A stretch of 64,000 bases of DNA from Promethearchaeota archaeon. GTDB lineage: Archaea > Asgardarchaeota > Lokiarchaeia > Sigyniarchaeales > SOKP01. The notes under the pieces were generated by a model. It ran no database searches. It saw only the letters and a list, made by a program, of their open reading frames with translations, and was not told the origin of the DNA. The position numbers and the translations under genes were made by a program. Shown here one piece after another: positions 1-9,103 of the stretch. The stretch's first letter is position 1. Every line of letters begins with the position of its first letter. The DNA lies in the NCBI GenBank assembly GCA_019058245.1, contig JAHPZJ010000010.1, positions 32,001 through 96,000 on the forward strand, given 5' to 3'.

Positions 1-1955
1 CTAAAGCAGGATCAGGATGTTTTGCTGATCAAATTAGATTCGTTGAACAACTTCCAAATTTCTTTGATTTTGACATTAAGACTCCTTATAAGGATTTACC
101 ACAAGAAATTAAGGATTTATATATATATGGGAGTAAAGGTAAAAAGTTTAAGTTTTCGTGGGAATCAAAAACATTTCAAGGAGAATTAGAAAGAGTATTT
201 GAAGGGATAATCCCCCATATGAAACGTGCAATTACAGAAGGTAAGAGTGCATATAGAAAAACTAAAATTACTAAAGAATATATGTCCAAGAAGAAATGCG
301 ATGAGTGTCAAGGATTTCGAATAAATGAAGAAGCAAGGGAAATAAAAATTGCAGATAGACATATAGGTGAACTTGCAACAATGACAATTGATGAACTCAA
401 AAATTTCTTTGACAATTTAACTGATGAAGATATTCGAAGTCCACAAGGAAGATCGATGCTCGAAAATGTTAAACAAGGTTTGAACCGAATGATTTATGTT
501 GGATTATCTTATTTACATTTACATCGTTCATTACCTACATTAAGCGGAGGAGAATTACAAAGACTCTCCCTGATGACTCATTTAGATGGAGGATTGGATT
601 CCTTGGTTTATATTTTAGATGAACCCAGTATGAGTTTGCATGAGAAAGAAAAAGATTCTTTGGTTCATATTTTACAACAATTAAAGGAATTAGGTAATAC
701 TGTTATTGTTGTAGAGCATGACAAACGATTCATAGATATAGCAGATGAAATAATTGATATAGGTCCGGGTGCAGGTGTTGATGGAGGTAATATTGTTTAT
801 CAAGGAACAATTGAAGGGATTAAAAAGATTAAGGAATCATATACAGGACAATTTCTTGCTGCAACCATCTCCTTGCTTGAAAAAGATTCTAGTATTGTTA
901 GGAAAACTGGAGGTGGTACAAAATATCTAACACTTAAGAATGCAAATACGAACAATTTGAAAAATGTGACTATTAAATTTCCTTTAGGATTAATGGTGGG
1001 TATTGCTGGTGTATCTGGTTCTGGAAAAAGTTCTCTTATATTAGATACATTAGTTCCGTTATTAAAACCATATTTTAAAAGAGGAATAAAAAATAAGAAT
1101 AATAAAAAGGGAGAAAATGGTGAAGAAGAAGAAAATGGAGGAAATTTATTAGAGTATTCTGGACAAGTAGAAGGGTGGGAGAATATTGATGGAGTAGTTG
1201 TTGTTAATCAAAAACCCATATCACGAGTTCGTACTTCAACCCCTTGTTCCTTTATAGGGATATGGGATAAGATTAGAAACTTATTTGCAAAGACTGGTGA
1301 AGCTAAAAAACGAAAGTATACCGCGGGACATTTTTCTTATAATTCTGATCTTGGTCGTTGTCCCGCTTGTAAAGGACAGGGTGTTCAAGACCTACAAGTA
1401 TCTTTTCTTACTAGTTTTGAAATTCCATGCAAAGAGTGCAAGGGATTAAGGTACAGACCAGAAATTTTAGAAGTTAAATATAAAGGAAAATCAATATCAG
1501 ATGTACTTGAAATGACTGTTAATGAGGCAGCAGAATTGTTTAAATCGCAGGAAGGTATCTCAAAAGTACTTAAGATATTGGATGAGATTGGAATGGGTTA
1601 TATTGAGCTTGGACAACCTGCTCCAACGCTTAGCGGAGGAGAAGCACAACGAGTAAAACTGGCTAAAGAATTAGGGAAAATCAGAAAAGGATCATCTCTA
1701 TACATTTTAGATGAACCTACTGTTGGGTTATCGTTTTATGATACAATTAAATTAATGGATCTACTTGAGAAATTAGTTCAAGAGGGCAATACTATTATAA
1801 TTATTGAGCATGATCCGGAAATTCTCTCATATTGTGATTATATAATAGAGTTAGGACCTGAAGGAGGGCCAAAAGGAGGAGAAGTCATTACAGAAGGCAC
1901 TCCAATTGAAATTAAAATGAACAAAAAGTCTAAAACTGGTCCCTATCTTAATTAA
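1..1955 (+). CDS. uvrA: UvrA-like excinuclease ABC ATPase (5'-truncated by window edge)
   Basis: The frame is open from position 3 into the called ATG at 219. Motifs: LSGGE signature, ILDEP Walker B, GVSGSGKSS Walker A, CxxC zinc fingers, second LSGGEAQRVKLA. Confidence 0.9.
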   Translation, partial: KAGSGCFADQIRFVEQLPNFFDFDIKTPYKDLPQEIKDLYIYGSKGKKFKFSWESKTFQGELERVFEGIIPHMKRAITEGKSAYRKTKITKEYMSKKKCDECQGFRINEEAREIKIADRHIGELATMTIDELKNFFDNLTDEDIRSPQGRSMLENVKQGLNRMIYVGLSYLHLHRSLPTLSGGELQRLSLMTHLDGGLDSLVYILDEPSMSLHEKEKDSLVHILQQLKELGNTVIVVEHDKRFIDIADEIIDIGPGAGVDGGNIVYQGTIEGIKKIKESYTGQFLAATISLLEKDSSIVRKTGGGTKYLTLKNANTNNLKNVTIKFPLGLMVGIAGVSGSGKSSLILDTLVPLLKPYFKRGIKNKNNKKGENGEEEENGGNLLEYSGQVEGWENIDGVVVVNQKPISRVRTSTPCSFIGIWDKIRNLFAKTGEAKKRKYTAGHFSYNSDLGRCPACKGQGVQDLQVSFLTSFEIPCKECKGLRYRPEILEVKYKGKSISDVLEMTVNEAAELFKSQEGISKVLKILDEIGMGYIELGQPAPTLSGGEAQRVKLAKELGKIRKGSSLYILDEPTVGLSFYDTIKLMDLLEKLVQEGNTIIIIEHDPEILSYCDYIIELGPEGGPKGGEVITEGTPIEIKMNKKSKTGPYLN

Positions 1956-1971
1956 AGATTATTTAATAGCT

Positions 1972-4900
1972 ATGGAAATAAAAATTCAAGGTGCAAAAGA
2001 AAACAACTTAAAAGATGTTAATGTAACCATCAAAGATGGACATACTGTGGTAACAGGTGTTTCTGGATCGGGGAAAACATCACTCATTTTTGATACATTA
2101 TATAAGGAAGCTAGACGTAGATTTTTAGAAGCATTTTCAGTCAGTAAAGAAGAAATAAAACTTAATCCTGCAAATGTGAGGTCAATCACTGGTCTAGGGC
2201 CTACTATCGCACTTAGTCAAAATGTGCTTAATCGAAATCCTAATTCTATTTTAGCATCGGCGATAGGTCTCATACCTTTATTAAAAATTCTATATGCTAG
2301 ATTTGGCGACAGGACATGTCATGTTTGTGGTTCTAAATTATCTGTATTAAAAGAAGATGAAATAATCGCGAAAATTGAGGGATTAAGGCATATCGAGCCC
2401 ATTACAATATCAGCTCTTTTAGTAAAAAAATCAAAAGGGAGTCATCAAACCTTAATTAGCCTTTTGAAAAAGAAATTCAGTTCTGAAACTCTCTTGGTAG
2501 ATGGAAAACCCATAATTTCAAAATTAAATCCAAAAAAACCTCATGATATTCAGATTCAAATTGGTCAAATAACAACTAGCACTGATATTAGTGAGATTAG
2601 AGATATAGTTGAAACTATCTCTTCATTAGGAGCAAATTCATTAATAATTAAGGGAAAAACATCTAATTTTCGAATTTCTCGAGTACCTGTATGTATGGAA
2701 TGCGGTACTTGGTACGGAGAGCTTGAACCAATGCATTTTAAGAAAAATTGTCCTTATTGTAAAGGAAAAGGGTGCAAGCAATGTAATCAAACAGGATATC
2801 ACCCCCTTGCATCTAATGTTACTTGGGAGGGTATGTTATTTCCCGAGATTCTAACAAAATCAGTTGGAGAACTAGTAACTTATTTCTCTAAAGAAGAACT
2901 CACAATTACAGCTAGGCTAATACAAGAAATAAAAAGGCGATTAATATCATTAAATTCTGTAGGATTAGAATATTTAGAATTAGATCGTGTTTCACCAACA
3001 TTATCTAGAGGAGAATCTCAAAGAGTTCGACTAGCTATAGCTTTATTGAGTGAACTAGAAGATATTACTCATATCCTTGATGAACCAACGATTGGTCAAC
3101 ATCCATCTGACGTCGCTCGATTACTGCCTATATTTCAGAATCTTGCTGGTCCGATAATTTATATTGAACATGATCGGCAAGCTGTTACGTATGCAGACAA
3201 TGTTATTGATATTGGTCCAGGAGCTGGAAGAGAAGGAGGTGAAATTATATTTACTGGAACTCCTGCAGAGTTATGGAAATCAGATACGTCTACAGGTAAG
3301 TTTTTTAGCTTGAGAGAACGGGTTATAATTCCCCAACATAGAGCTAAACCTCAACTTTTTTTAATAATTGAGAAAGCTTATAGGCATAATTTGAAAAATA
3401 TTAATGTTAAAATTCCCTTAAACCGACTAACAGTTATCACAGGTGTATCTGGTTCTGGAAAAAGTACATTGGTAGAAGATGTTTTATTTAGTTCATTAAA
3501 AAAAAAAGAACCAATAGGTTGTAATAAAATTACTGGGGTAAAGGTGATACCTATCATGGTAGATCAAGGACCTATAGGGAAAAATCCAAGATCAAATCCA
3601 GCTACTTACACTAAAATTGCTGATGTTATTAGAAAGCTATTTGCTAAAGCTACTGAATTTAAAGCTACGTTCTTTTCATTCAATACTCCAGAAGGCCAAT
3701 GTCCAACATGTAGTGGGATGGGTTCCCTCGAAATTAAGATGAGATACTTACCCTCTAATTGGATCACCTGTCCAGACTGTAATGGTCAGAGGTTTTCTGA
3801 AGAGATACTCGAGGAAAAAGTTCAGTTTGAAGATGATGAGTATTCTATTGCAGAATTCTATGATCTACCAATTTCAGAAGTTGAAAAAATTTTTGATAAA
3901 GAAAGAAGATTGACTGTTGGAGATCTTAATTCAGCAAGACAAATGTTGAAAGCGCTTAATGATATAGGATTAGGATATCTCTCCTTAGGGCAACCTTCTC
4001 CAACATTATCTGGGGGTGAAGCTCAGCGAATTAAATTATCAAAATATCTTGGAAAAAAAAATTTAAAAGATCATTTAATAATTCTTGATGAACCTTCAAC
4101 AGGATTACACTCTCAAGATTTAGCGGGGTTATTGACAATTTTAGATAGATTACTCCACATTGGAGCAACAATTGTGATCGTAGAACATAATATTGATATA
4201 ATTAGGGCTGCTGATTGGATTATAGACCTTGGTCAAGGTTCAGGACCAAATGGTGGTAAAGTTATGTATCAAGGTCCTTTAGATAAGTTCATGGAAACTG
4301 AAGAATCTCTTACTGCTCAAGCTTTAAAATTGGAAGAAAGTGTTACTCCATTAATCAAGAAAAAAAAGAAAATAAGAAAGAGTTCAGAACACATTATCAT
4401 TCAAAATGCTCACGTTCATAATCTTAAGAATGTAAATGTCAAAATCCCAAAAAAGAAATTTACTGTAGTCACAGGAGTTTCAGGGTCGGGGAAATCTAGC
4501 CTAATAATGGATACACTTGAAATGGAAGCAAGACGCAGAAATTTAGAAACTTTATCAATGTATGAAAGACAAAGTACCAAAGAAACTACCGAAGCGTTAG
4601 TAGAAAATATTCAAGGGTTAGGGATAACAGCATCAATAATACCAGAAAAGATTATCCATGGTTGGTTTTTAAACCTTCGAAATACCATAGGGAGGGTTAC
4701 AGATATAACACTCCATTTAGCGAATATATTTTCATATATGGGAGAATTATCGTGTCCTAAATGTAGTCAGAAAATGAAAAGAGAGGAAAAATGGTATTGT
4801 AAAAAGTGTAATATCTCATTACCTCTTGCTAAACCACGACATTTTATTTCTACAAATTATTCAGCAGCTTGCCTTAAATGTCATGGTGTTGGTTCATTTC

Positions 4901-6843
4901 AAGTTCCTAATCCTAATAAATTAATAGTGCACCCCAACAAACCTTTATGTAACGGTGCCATGTACTCTCCAGGTTTTTTTCCAAAAGGATATTTATGTAA
5001 ACCATATAATGGTGGATATTATATAGTTCAAGCTTTAGCAACTCGTTATGGTTTTGATCCTTTTTCAAAACCTTGGAATGAAATATCAAAAGAAGCAAAA
5101 GATGCATTTTTATTTGGAGATAAAGAAGTTTTAGATGTTGAATTTGAGAATAAGAAAGGTCAAATCTCTAGAAAATTAATTCAGTACCAAGGCTTTTATG
5201 GACACTGGTTAAGAGATTGGGATGTTGGAGGTACATATACAGATAATAAAACTTGTGATGAATGTAATGGTTTGAAATTACGTCCCCAATATCTTGCTAT
5301 CTCATTGGAAGGTTATAATTTACCTCAGATGTGCAATATTTCTTTGAACAAATTATATGGAATATTAAAAGAAGTAAAGATGGCAGATAATATTGCCGAT
5401 TTTGTAAAGAACAGTTATGAGATTATTTTAACACGTTTGAAATTTTTACTTAAAATTGGATTAGGTTATATTACTCTAAATCGTGTTTCTGAAAGTTTAT
5501 CTGCAGGAGAAGCTCAGAGAGTTCGGTTAGCTGGATTATTGGGTAGTGATTTGACATCTTTAACAATTTTACTTGATGAGCCCAGTAGAGGTTTATCTCC
5601 TCCAGAAATTGAAAATTTATTAGACATATTAAAAGAATTAAGGGATAACGGAAATACAGTCATAGTTATTGAACATGATCCTTTAATTATTAATAATGCT
5701 GATTATATAATAGATATGGGCCCTGGAGCGGGTGTAAATGGTGGAAAAATTGTTGCAAAAGGAACTATAGAGGATATAATAAAAGCAAAAACTATTACGG
5801 GAGACTGGATGAGTGGAAAAAAAAAATTTGAAGTATCTAAAAAACACCGAGAACCTAAAAAATGGCTAAAGATCTATGGTGCAAAAGAAAACAATTTAAA
5901 GGGGGAATTAATTGAGATTCCTCATAAATTATTAGTAGGATTATGTGGGGTTTCTGGTTCAGGAAAAAGTACTCTAATAATTGATACTTTGGGAAGAGCC
6001 TTGGTACCTATTAAGCATACAACATCAGTATCTCGAGAACCTATTGACCCGGGAGAATATGAGAAGATTGAAGGTACCTTACCTCAGACAATATTAATCG
6101 ATCAAACAAAAACTAAAATCGGAAGTCCTCTTAAATTTTTAGGATTAGAATCTCCAATAATAAAAATATTTTCTGAGACTGAAGATGCCAAAATTTTAGG
6201 TTTAGATGAAAAAAAACTAAAAAAGAGATGCTCTGTTTGTAAAGGGAGAGGTTATATCAAGATAGATATGAAATTTCTTCCCAATATTATTGAGACTTGT
6301 GAAACTTGTAATGGATCGGGGTATCAAATTGAAGCATGGCAAGTTCATTTTAAAGGAATTTCCTTGCCTGATATTAATAATTTAACTATTGAGGAAGCCT
6401 ATGAATTATTTGAAGAATATGAATCCATTTCTACTAAATTAAATTATGCTAAAAAAGTAGGACTACAATATTTACAACTAAATCAGCCTGCTCGCACTCT
6501 TTCTGGAGGTGAAGCTCAAAGACTTAAGATAGTAAAAGAATTATCTAAAAATTCTAAAAAAGAAACACTATATATCTTAGATGAACCGACTATCGGTCAA
6601 CACTTAGAAGATGTTTCTAAGCTAATTAATACTCTACATTTATTAATCGATAATGGCAATAGTGTAGTTGTTATTGAACATCATCCATATGTATTGGCTT
6701 CTTGTGATTGGCTATTAGAGTTAGGGCCAGGAGCAGGACCAGAAGGAGGCCATATAATTGCACAAGGACCACCTAGTGAAATAGCTAAATTAAACACTCC
6801 AACAGCACCATATTTAAAAGAAGTATTAGAGGGAGGAAAATGA
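1972..6843 (+). CDS. uvrA: Double-length UvrA-like protein (four ABC ATPase domains)
   Basis: 1623 aa with four GVSGSGK(S/T) Walker A motifs, four LS(G/R/A)GE(S/A)QR signatures with LDEP, and multiple CxxC pairs. Confidence 0.88.
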   Translation: MEIKIQGAKENNLKDVNVTIKDGHTVVTGVSGSGKTSLIFDTLYKEARRRFLEAFSVSKEEIKLNPANVRSITGLGPTIALSQNVLNRNPNSILASAIGLIPLLKILYARFGDRTCHVCGSKLSVLKEDEIIAKIEGLRHIEPITISALLVKKSKGSHQTLISLLKKKFSSETLLVDGKPIISKLNPKKPHDIQIQIGQITTSTDISEIRDIVETISSLGANSLIIKGKTSNFRISRVPVCMECGTWYGELEPMHFKKNCPYCKGKGCKQCNQTGYHPLASNVTWEGMLFPEILTKSVGELVTYFSKEELTITARLIQEIKRRLISLNSVGLEYLELDRVSPTLSRGESQRVRLAIALLSELEDITHILDEPTIGQHPSDVARLLPIFQNLAGPIIYIEHDRQAVTYADNVIDIGPGAGREGGEIIFTGTPAELWKSDTSTGKFFSLRERVIIPQHRAKPQLFLIIEKAYRHNLKNINVKIPLNRLTVITGVSGSGKSTLVEDVLFSSLKKKEPIGCNKITGVKVIPIMVDQGPIGKNPRSNPATYTKIADVIRKLFAKATEFKATFFSFNTPEGQCPTCSGMGSLEIKMRYLPSNWITCPDCNGQRFSEEILEEKVQFEDDEYSIAEFYDLPISEVEKIFDKERRLTVGDLNSARQMLKALNDIGLGYLSLGQPSPTLSGGEAQRIKLSKYLGKKNLKDHLIILDEPSTGLHSQDLAGLLTILDRLLHIGATIVIVEHNIDIIRAADWIIDLGQGSGPNGGKVMYQGPLDKFMETEESLTAQALKLEESVTPLIKKKKKIRKSSEHIIIQNAHVHNLKNVNVKIPKKKFTVVTGVSGSGKSSLIMDTLEMEARRRNLETLSMYERQSTKETTEALVENIQGLGITASIIPEKIIHGWFLNLRNTIGRVTDITLHLANIFSYMGELSCPKCSQKMKREEKWYCKKCNISLPLAKPRHFISTNYSAACLKCHGVGSFQVPNPNKLIVHPNKPLCNGAMYSPGFFPKGYLCKPYNGGYYIVQALATRYGFDPFSKPWNEISKEAKDAFLFGDKEVLDVEFENKKGQISRKLIQYQGFYGHWLRDWDVGGTYTDNKTCDECNGLKLRPQYLAISLEGYNLPQMCNISLNKLYGILKEVKMADNIADFVKNSYEIILTRLKFLLKIGLGYITLNRVSESLSAGEAQRVRLAGLLGSDLTSLTILLDEPSRGLSPPEIENLLDILKELRDNGNTVIVIEHDPLIINNADYIIDMGPGAGVNGGKIVAKGTIEDIIKAKTITGDWMSGKKKFEVSKKHREPKKWLKIYGAKENNLKGELIEIPHKLLVGLCGVSGSGKSTLIIDTLGRALVPIKHTTSVSREPIDPGEYEKIEGTLPQTILIDQTKTKIGSPLKFLGLESPIIKIFSETEDAKILGLDEKKLKKRCSVCKGRGYIKIDMKFLPNIIETCETCNGSGYQIEAWQVHFKGISLPDINNLTIEEAYELFEEYESISTKLNYAKKVGLQYLQLNQPARTLSGGEAQRLKIVKELSKNSKKETLYILDEPTIGQHLEDVSKLINTLHLLIDNGNSVVVIEHHPYVLASCDWLLELGPGAGPEGGHIIAQGPPSEIAKLNTPTAPYLKEVLEGGK

Positions 6844-7874
6844 CCTGGATTCCACTTTTATTGACAGATCCATCATATTGTTTACGATTTTTGGTCTTAA
6901 CTGAATTGTTACACTTACCTCAAGATGATAATGAAGTCATTGAATTGTCAGAGATGCGGGAATCAGATCCACTTGTTAATGAATTATTCAAGCTCCAAAA
7001 AACTAATGGAGCATGGGATTCTTTTGGTGTAAATCGAATATCTTCAAGCGACAACCTTCAAATAACTTCTATGGCATTACAGAGATTAGGTTACTTCGGA
7101 TTTGATTCAACTCATCCAATGGTGCAGAAAGCAGCAGATTTTCTCTTTTCAAAACAGCTTGAAGATGGTTCTTGGCCAATGCCAGGCAAAAAACTACTTA
7201 CTGATGAAGAAATTGGATATCAGATGATGCCTGTTCAAACAGCAATTCCTCTTTTAGGTTTAGTTATGTGTGGATACTATACAGATCAAAGAGTTAAGAA
7301 TGCATTTGATTGGCTAATGAAACAACGTTTAGAAGACGGTGCATGGCCAGTAGGGATATCTGCAGGTAATTATGGAGGTATTGCGGGATACCGCCGTCTT
7401 GCCCATTCAAGATGGGGATGTCGATCAAATACTACAGCTGTGCTTACTTGTCTTGCTTATCATCCAAAATATAGCAAAAGTAATGAAGCTAAGAGAGCAC
7501 TTGATTTAATACTTGGAACTGATTCAAAGTTAAGAAGTAATCTTGGTTTTATAATAGCACGGCTAATTGGATTAGAAAGAAACCTTGGAAATATTACATT
7601 TATGGCAAAATTTGATATAGCCCATATATTAAATTTATGTTGGAGAGTTGGAGGAAGTAAAAATGATGAAAGGATTTCTGATTTGATCAACTTTGTAAAA
7701 TCTGAACAAGGAGAATATGGTCTATGGGATTATATAGCACATCCAAAAGCCACACGCTGGTTAACTTTTGATCTTTTATGTTCATTATCTAAATTAGAAA
7801 CTCAAGAAGACTGGATAAGTTTAGAACCACATACTCCTTTTAGAGCATATCCTAAGAAAATTAAACGGTTTTAA
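6840..7874 (+). CDS. Prenyltransferase/squalene-oxidase repeat (alpha/alpha barrel) protein
   Basis: QW-like repeats (LQKTNGAW, KQLEDGSW, QRLEDGAW, EQGEYGLW). The start overlaps the uvrA stop (ATGA), implying translational coupling. Confidence 0.7.
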   Translation: MTWIPLLLTDPSYCLRFLVLTELLHLPQDDNEVIELSEMRESDPLVNELFKLQKTNGAWDSFGVNRISSSDNLQITSMALQRLGYFGFDSTHPMVQKAADFLFSKQLEDGSWPMPGKKLLTDEEIGYQMMPVQTAIPLLGLVMCGYYTDQRVKNAFDWLMKQRLEDGAWPVGISAGNYGGIAGYRRLAHSRWGCRSNTTAVLTCLAYHPKYSKSNEAKRALDLILGTDSKLRSNLGFIIARLIGLERNLGNITFMAKFDIAHILNLCWRVGGSKNDERISDLINFVKSEQGEYGLWDYIAHPKATRWLTFDLLCSLSKLETQEDWISLEPHTPFRAYPKKIKRF

Positions 7875-7891
7875 AAATTAAAAAAAAAAAA

Positions 7892-8464
7892 TTATATATA
7901 GGTATAAACAATCAATAATCCATCCTCAACTCTACCCGCTCCTTGTTCTGCATATGCATTAGCTTGGACTTTAAGTTCATAAGTTCCTGCAGTTAGACCC
8001 TTGATGATAAAATGTGTCGTTATGCTCTCAGCAACAGTAGGCCATGGGAAGTTAGAGGAGTCAGTAATGAAGAACCTTTCAGATTCTGGTATTGCAACGT
8101 TATCCCTCATTATTCTTACTCCTCCTGTAAGCCATCCTTTACCTCCAGTAGCACCATTTGAAATCTGAGCATTGAACATGACATAAACGGTTTCTCCTGC
8201 ATTCACAGTTATGGTAACATCCATATCCGTCATGTCACTATAACTACTTCCAGTATAAAAAGCCCCTGCTTGTTCAACAGTCCATATTTGAACGATTTCA
8301 GTTGGATTTTTATTATCATCTATTAATGTTTCAGTATTATCTGAAGCATTTTCAATAATTATATTCGGAAGAAAAATTACTCCATAAACTCCCATTCCAA
8401 CTCCTCCGATTGCAATTATTATAGCCAATATTGCTAGACCACTACCTTTTCCCATATTTTTCAC
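7892..8464 (-). CDS. Hypothetical membrane-anchored protein (N-terminal TM helix, beta-rich ectodomain)
   Basis: Hydrophobic LAILAIIIAIGGVGMGVYGVIF segment followed by beta-strand-rich sequence. A T-run follows on the minus strand (A-run at about 7880-7891). Confidence 0.6.
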   Translation of the reverse strand: MKNMGKGSGLAILAIIIAIGGVGMGVYGVIFLPNIIIENASDNTETLIDDNKNPTEIVQIWTVEQAGAFYTGSSYSDMTDMDVTITVNAGETVYVMFNAQISNGATGGKGWLTGGVRIMRDNVAIPESERFFITDSSNFPWPTVAESITTHFIIKGLTAGTYELKVQANAYAEQGAGRVEDGLLIVYTYI

Positions 8465-8848
8465 AAAATTTTCTGTTTTTAATAAATTTAGAATTAAATT
8501 ATATTACATTATATTTACAAAAATTTAAATGTAATTTTAAGAGATAAAAATTGTAAGAAAATGTCCAAATTTATCTCGTTAACAAATTTGAATGAATTTT
8601 ACGAGATTAAATTTGAACGGATATAATTATGAAAACATCACTCCATCATATACATTAATCTGCTTCTAATCTTAATAAAGATTTCAAGGTTTATCAAATT
8701 ATGTTTAAAGTGATAGTTTTATTTAATTTGAAAATAATAGGAGCTCGAAATGTAATGATTTTAATTGGAAAATCAAAAATTAATTTATTCGATCAAGCAT
8801 CTAAGGAGGAGGAGATATTCATACTTTGGGTATTAAAACCTAATTCAG

Positions 8849-8863
8849 AGAAAAATTTATAAA
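8849..8863 (+). promoter_or_regulatory. Putative BRE/TATA promoter of the leu leader/operon
   Basis: AGAAAAA-TTTATAAA about 50 nt upstream of the leader ATG. The background is AT-rich, so this is tentative. Confidence 0.45.
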
Positions 8864-8914
8864 GTTATAATCAATCTATTTTTATAATCATAAATTCTAA
8901 TAGGATTATAAATT

Positions 8915-9016
8915 ATGAAAGCTACTCAAAGTCTACTTATTTCTAGTAATAAAATAAGTTTGAGAGGTTTATTTCCATTAGAATTATTGAGTTTGTTATT
9001 ACTCTTATTATTATAG
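8915..9016 (+). CDS. Putative leu operon leader peptide (33 aa, MKATQSLLISSNKISLRGLFPLELLSLLLLLLL)
   Basis: Hand translation: 14 of 33 residues are Leu, with 7 consecutive Leu codons just before TAG. TAGGA lies upstream, and the ORF ends 87 nt before leuA. Confidence 0.75.
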   Translation: MKATQSLLISSNKISLRGLFPLELLSLLLLLLL

Positions 9017-9019
9017 AGC

Positions 9020-9095
9020 GCCCTATTCCTTTCTAGAGCGTATTTTTCTTCTTGAAAGTATAAGGGCTATATATTTTAAACAAAATTATAATAGG
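9020..9095 (+). promoter_or_regulatory. Putative attenuator structure
   Basis: An imperfect stem GCCCT..CTTTC / GAAAG..AGGGC (9020-9067) encloses the U-rich tract TATTTTTCTTCTT. CCTATT (9022-9027) is also complementary to AATAGG (9090-9095), the likely leuA RBS. Confidence 0.5.
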
Positions 9096-9103
9096 TTAAA
9101 AAC

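Noticed and set aside
6840-7874. Squalene/terpene cyclase
   Set aside because: It is only about half the expected length and lacks the DxDD/DCTAE catalytic motif; only the QW-type repeats are present.
8701-8862. 53-codon ORF containing GGAGGAGGAG upstream of the leu leader
   Set aside because: No recognisable product, it overlaps the putative promoter, and it may be chance or a gene remnant.
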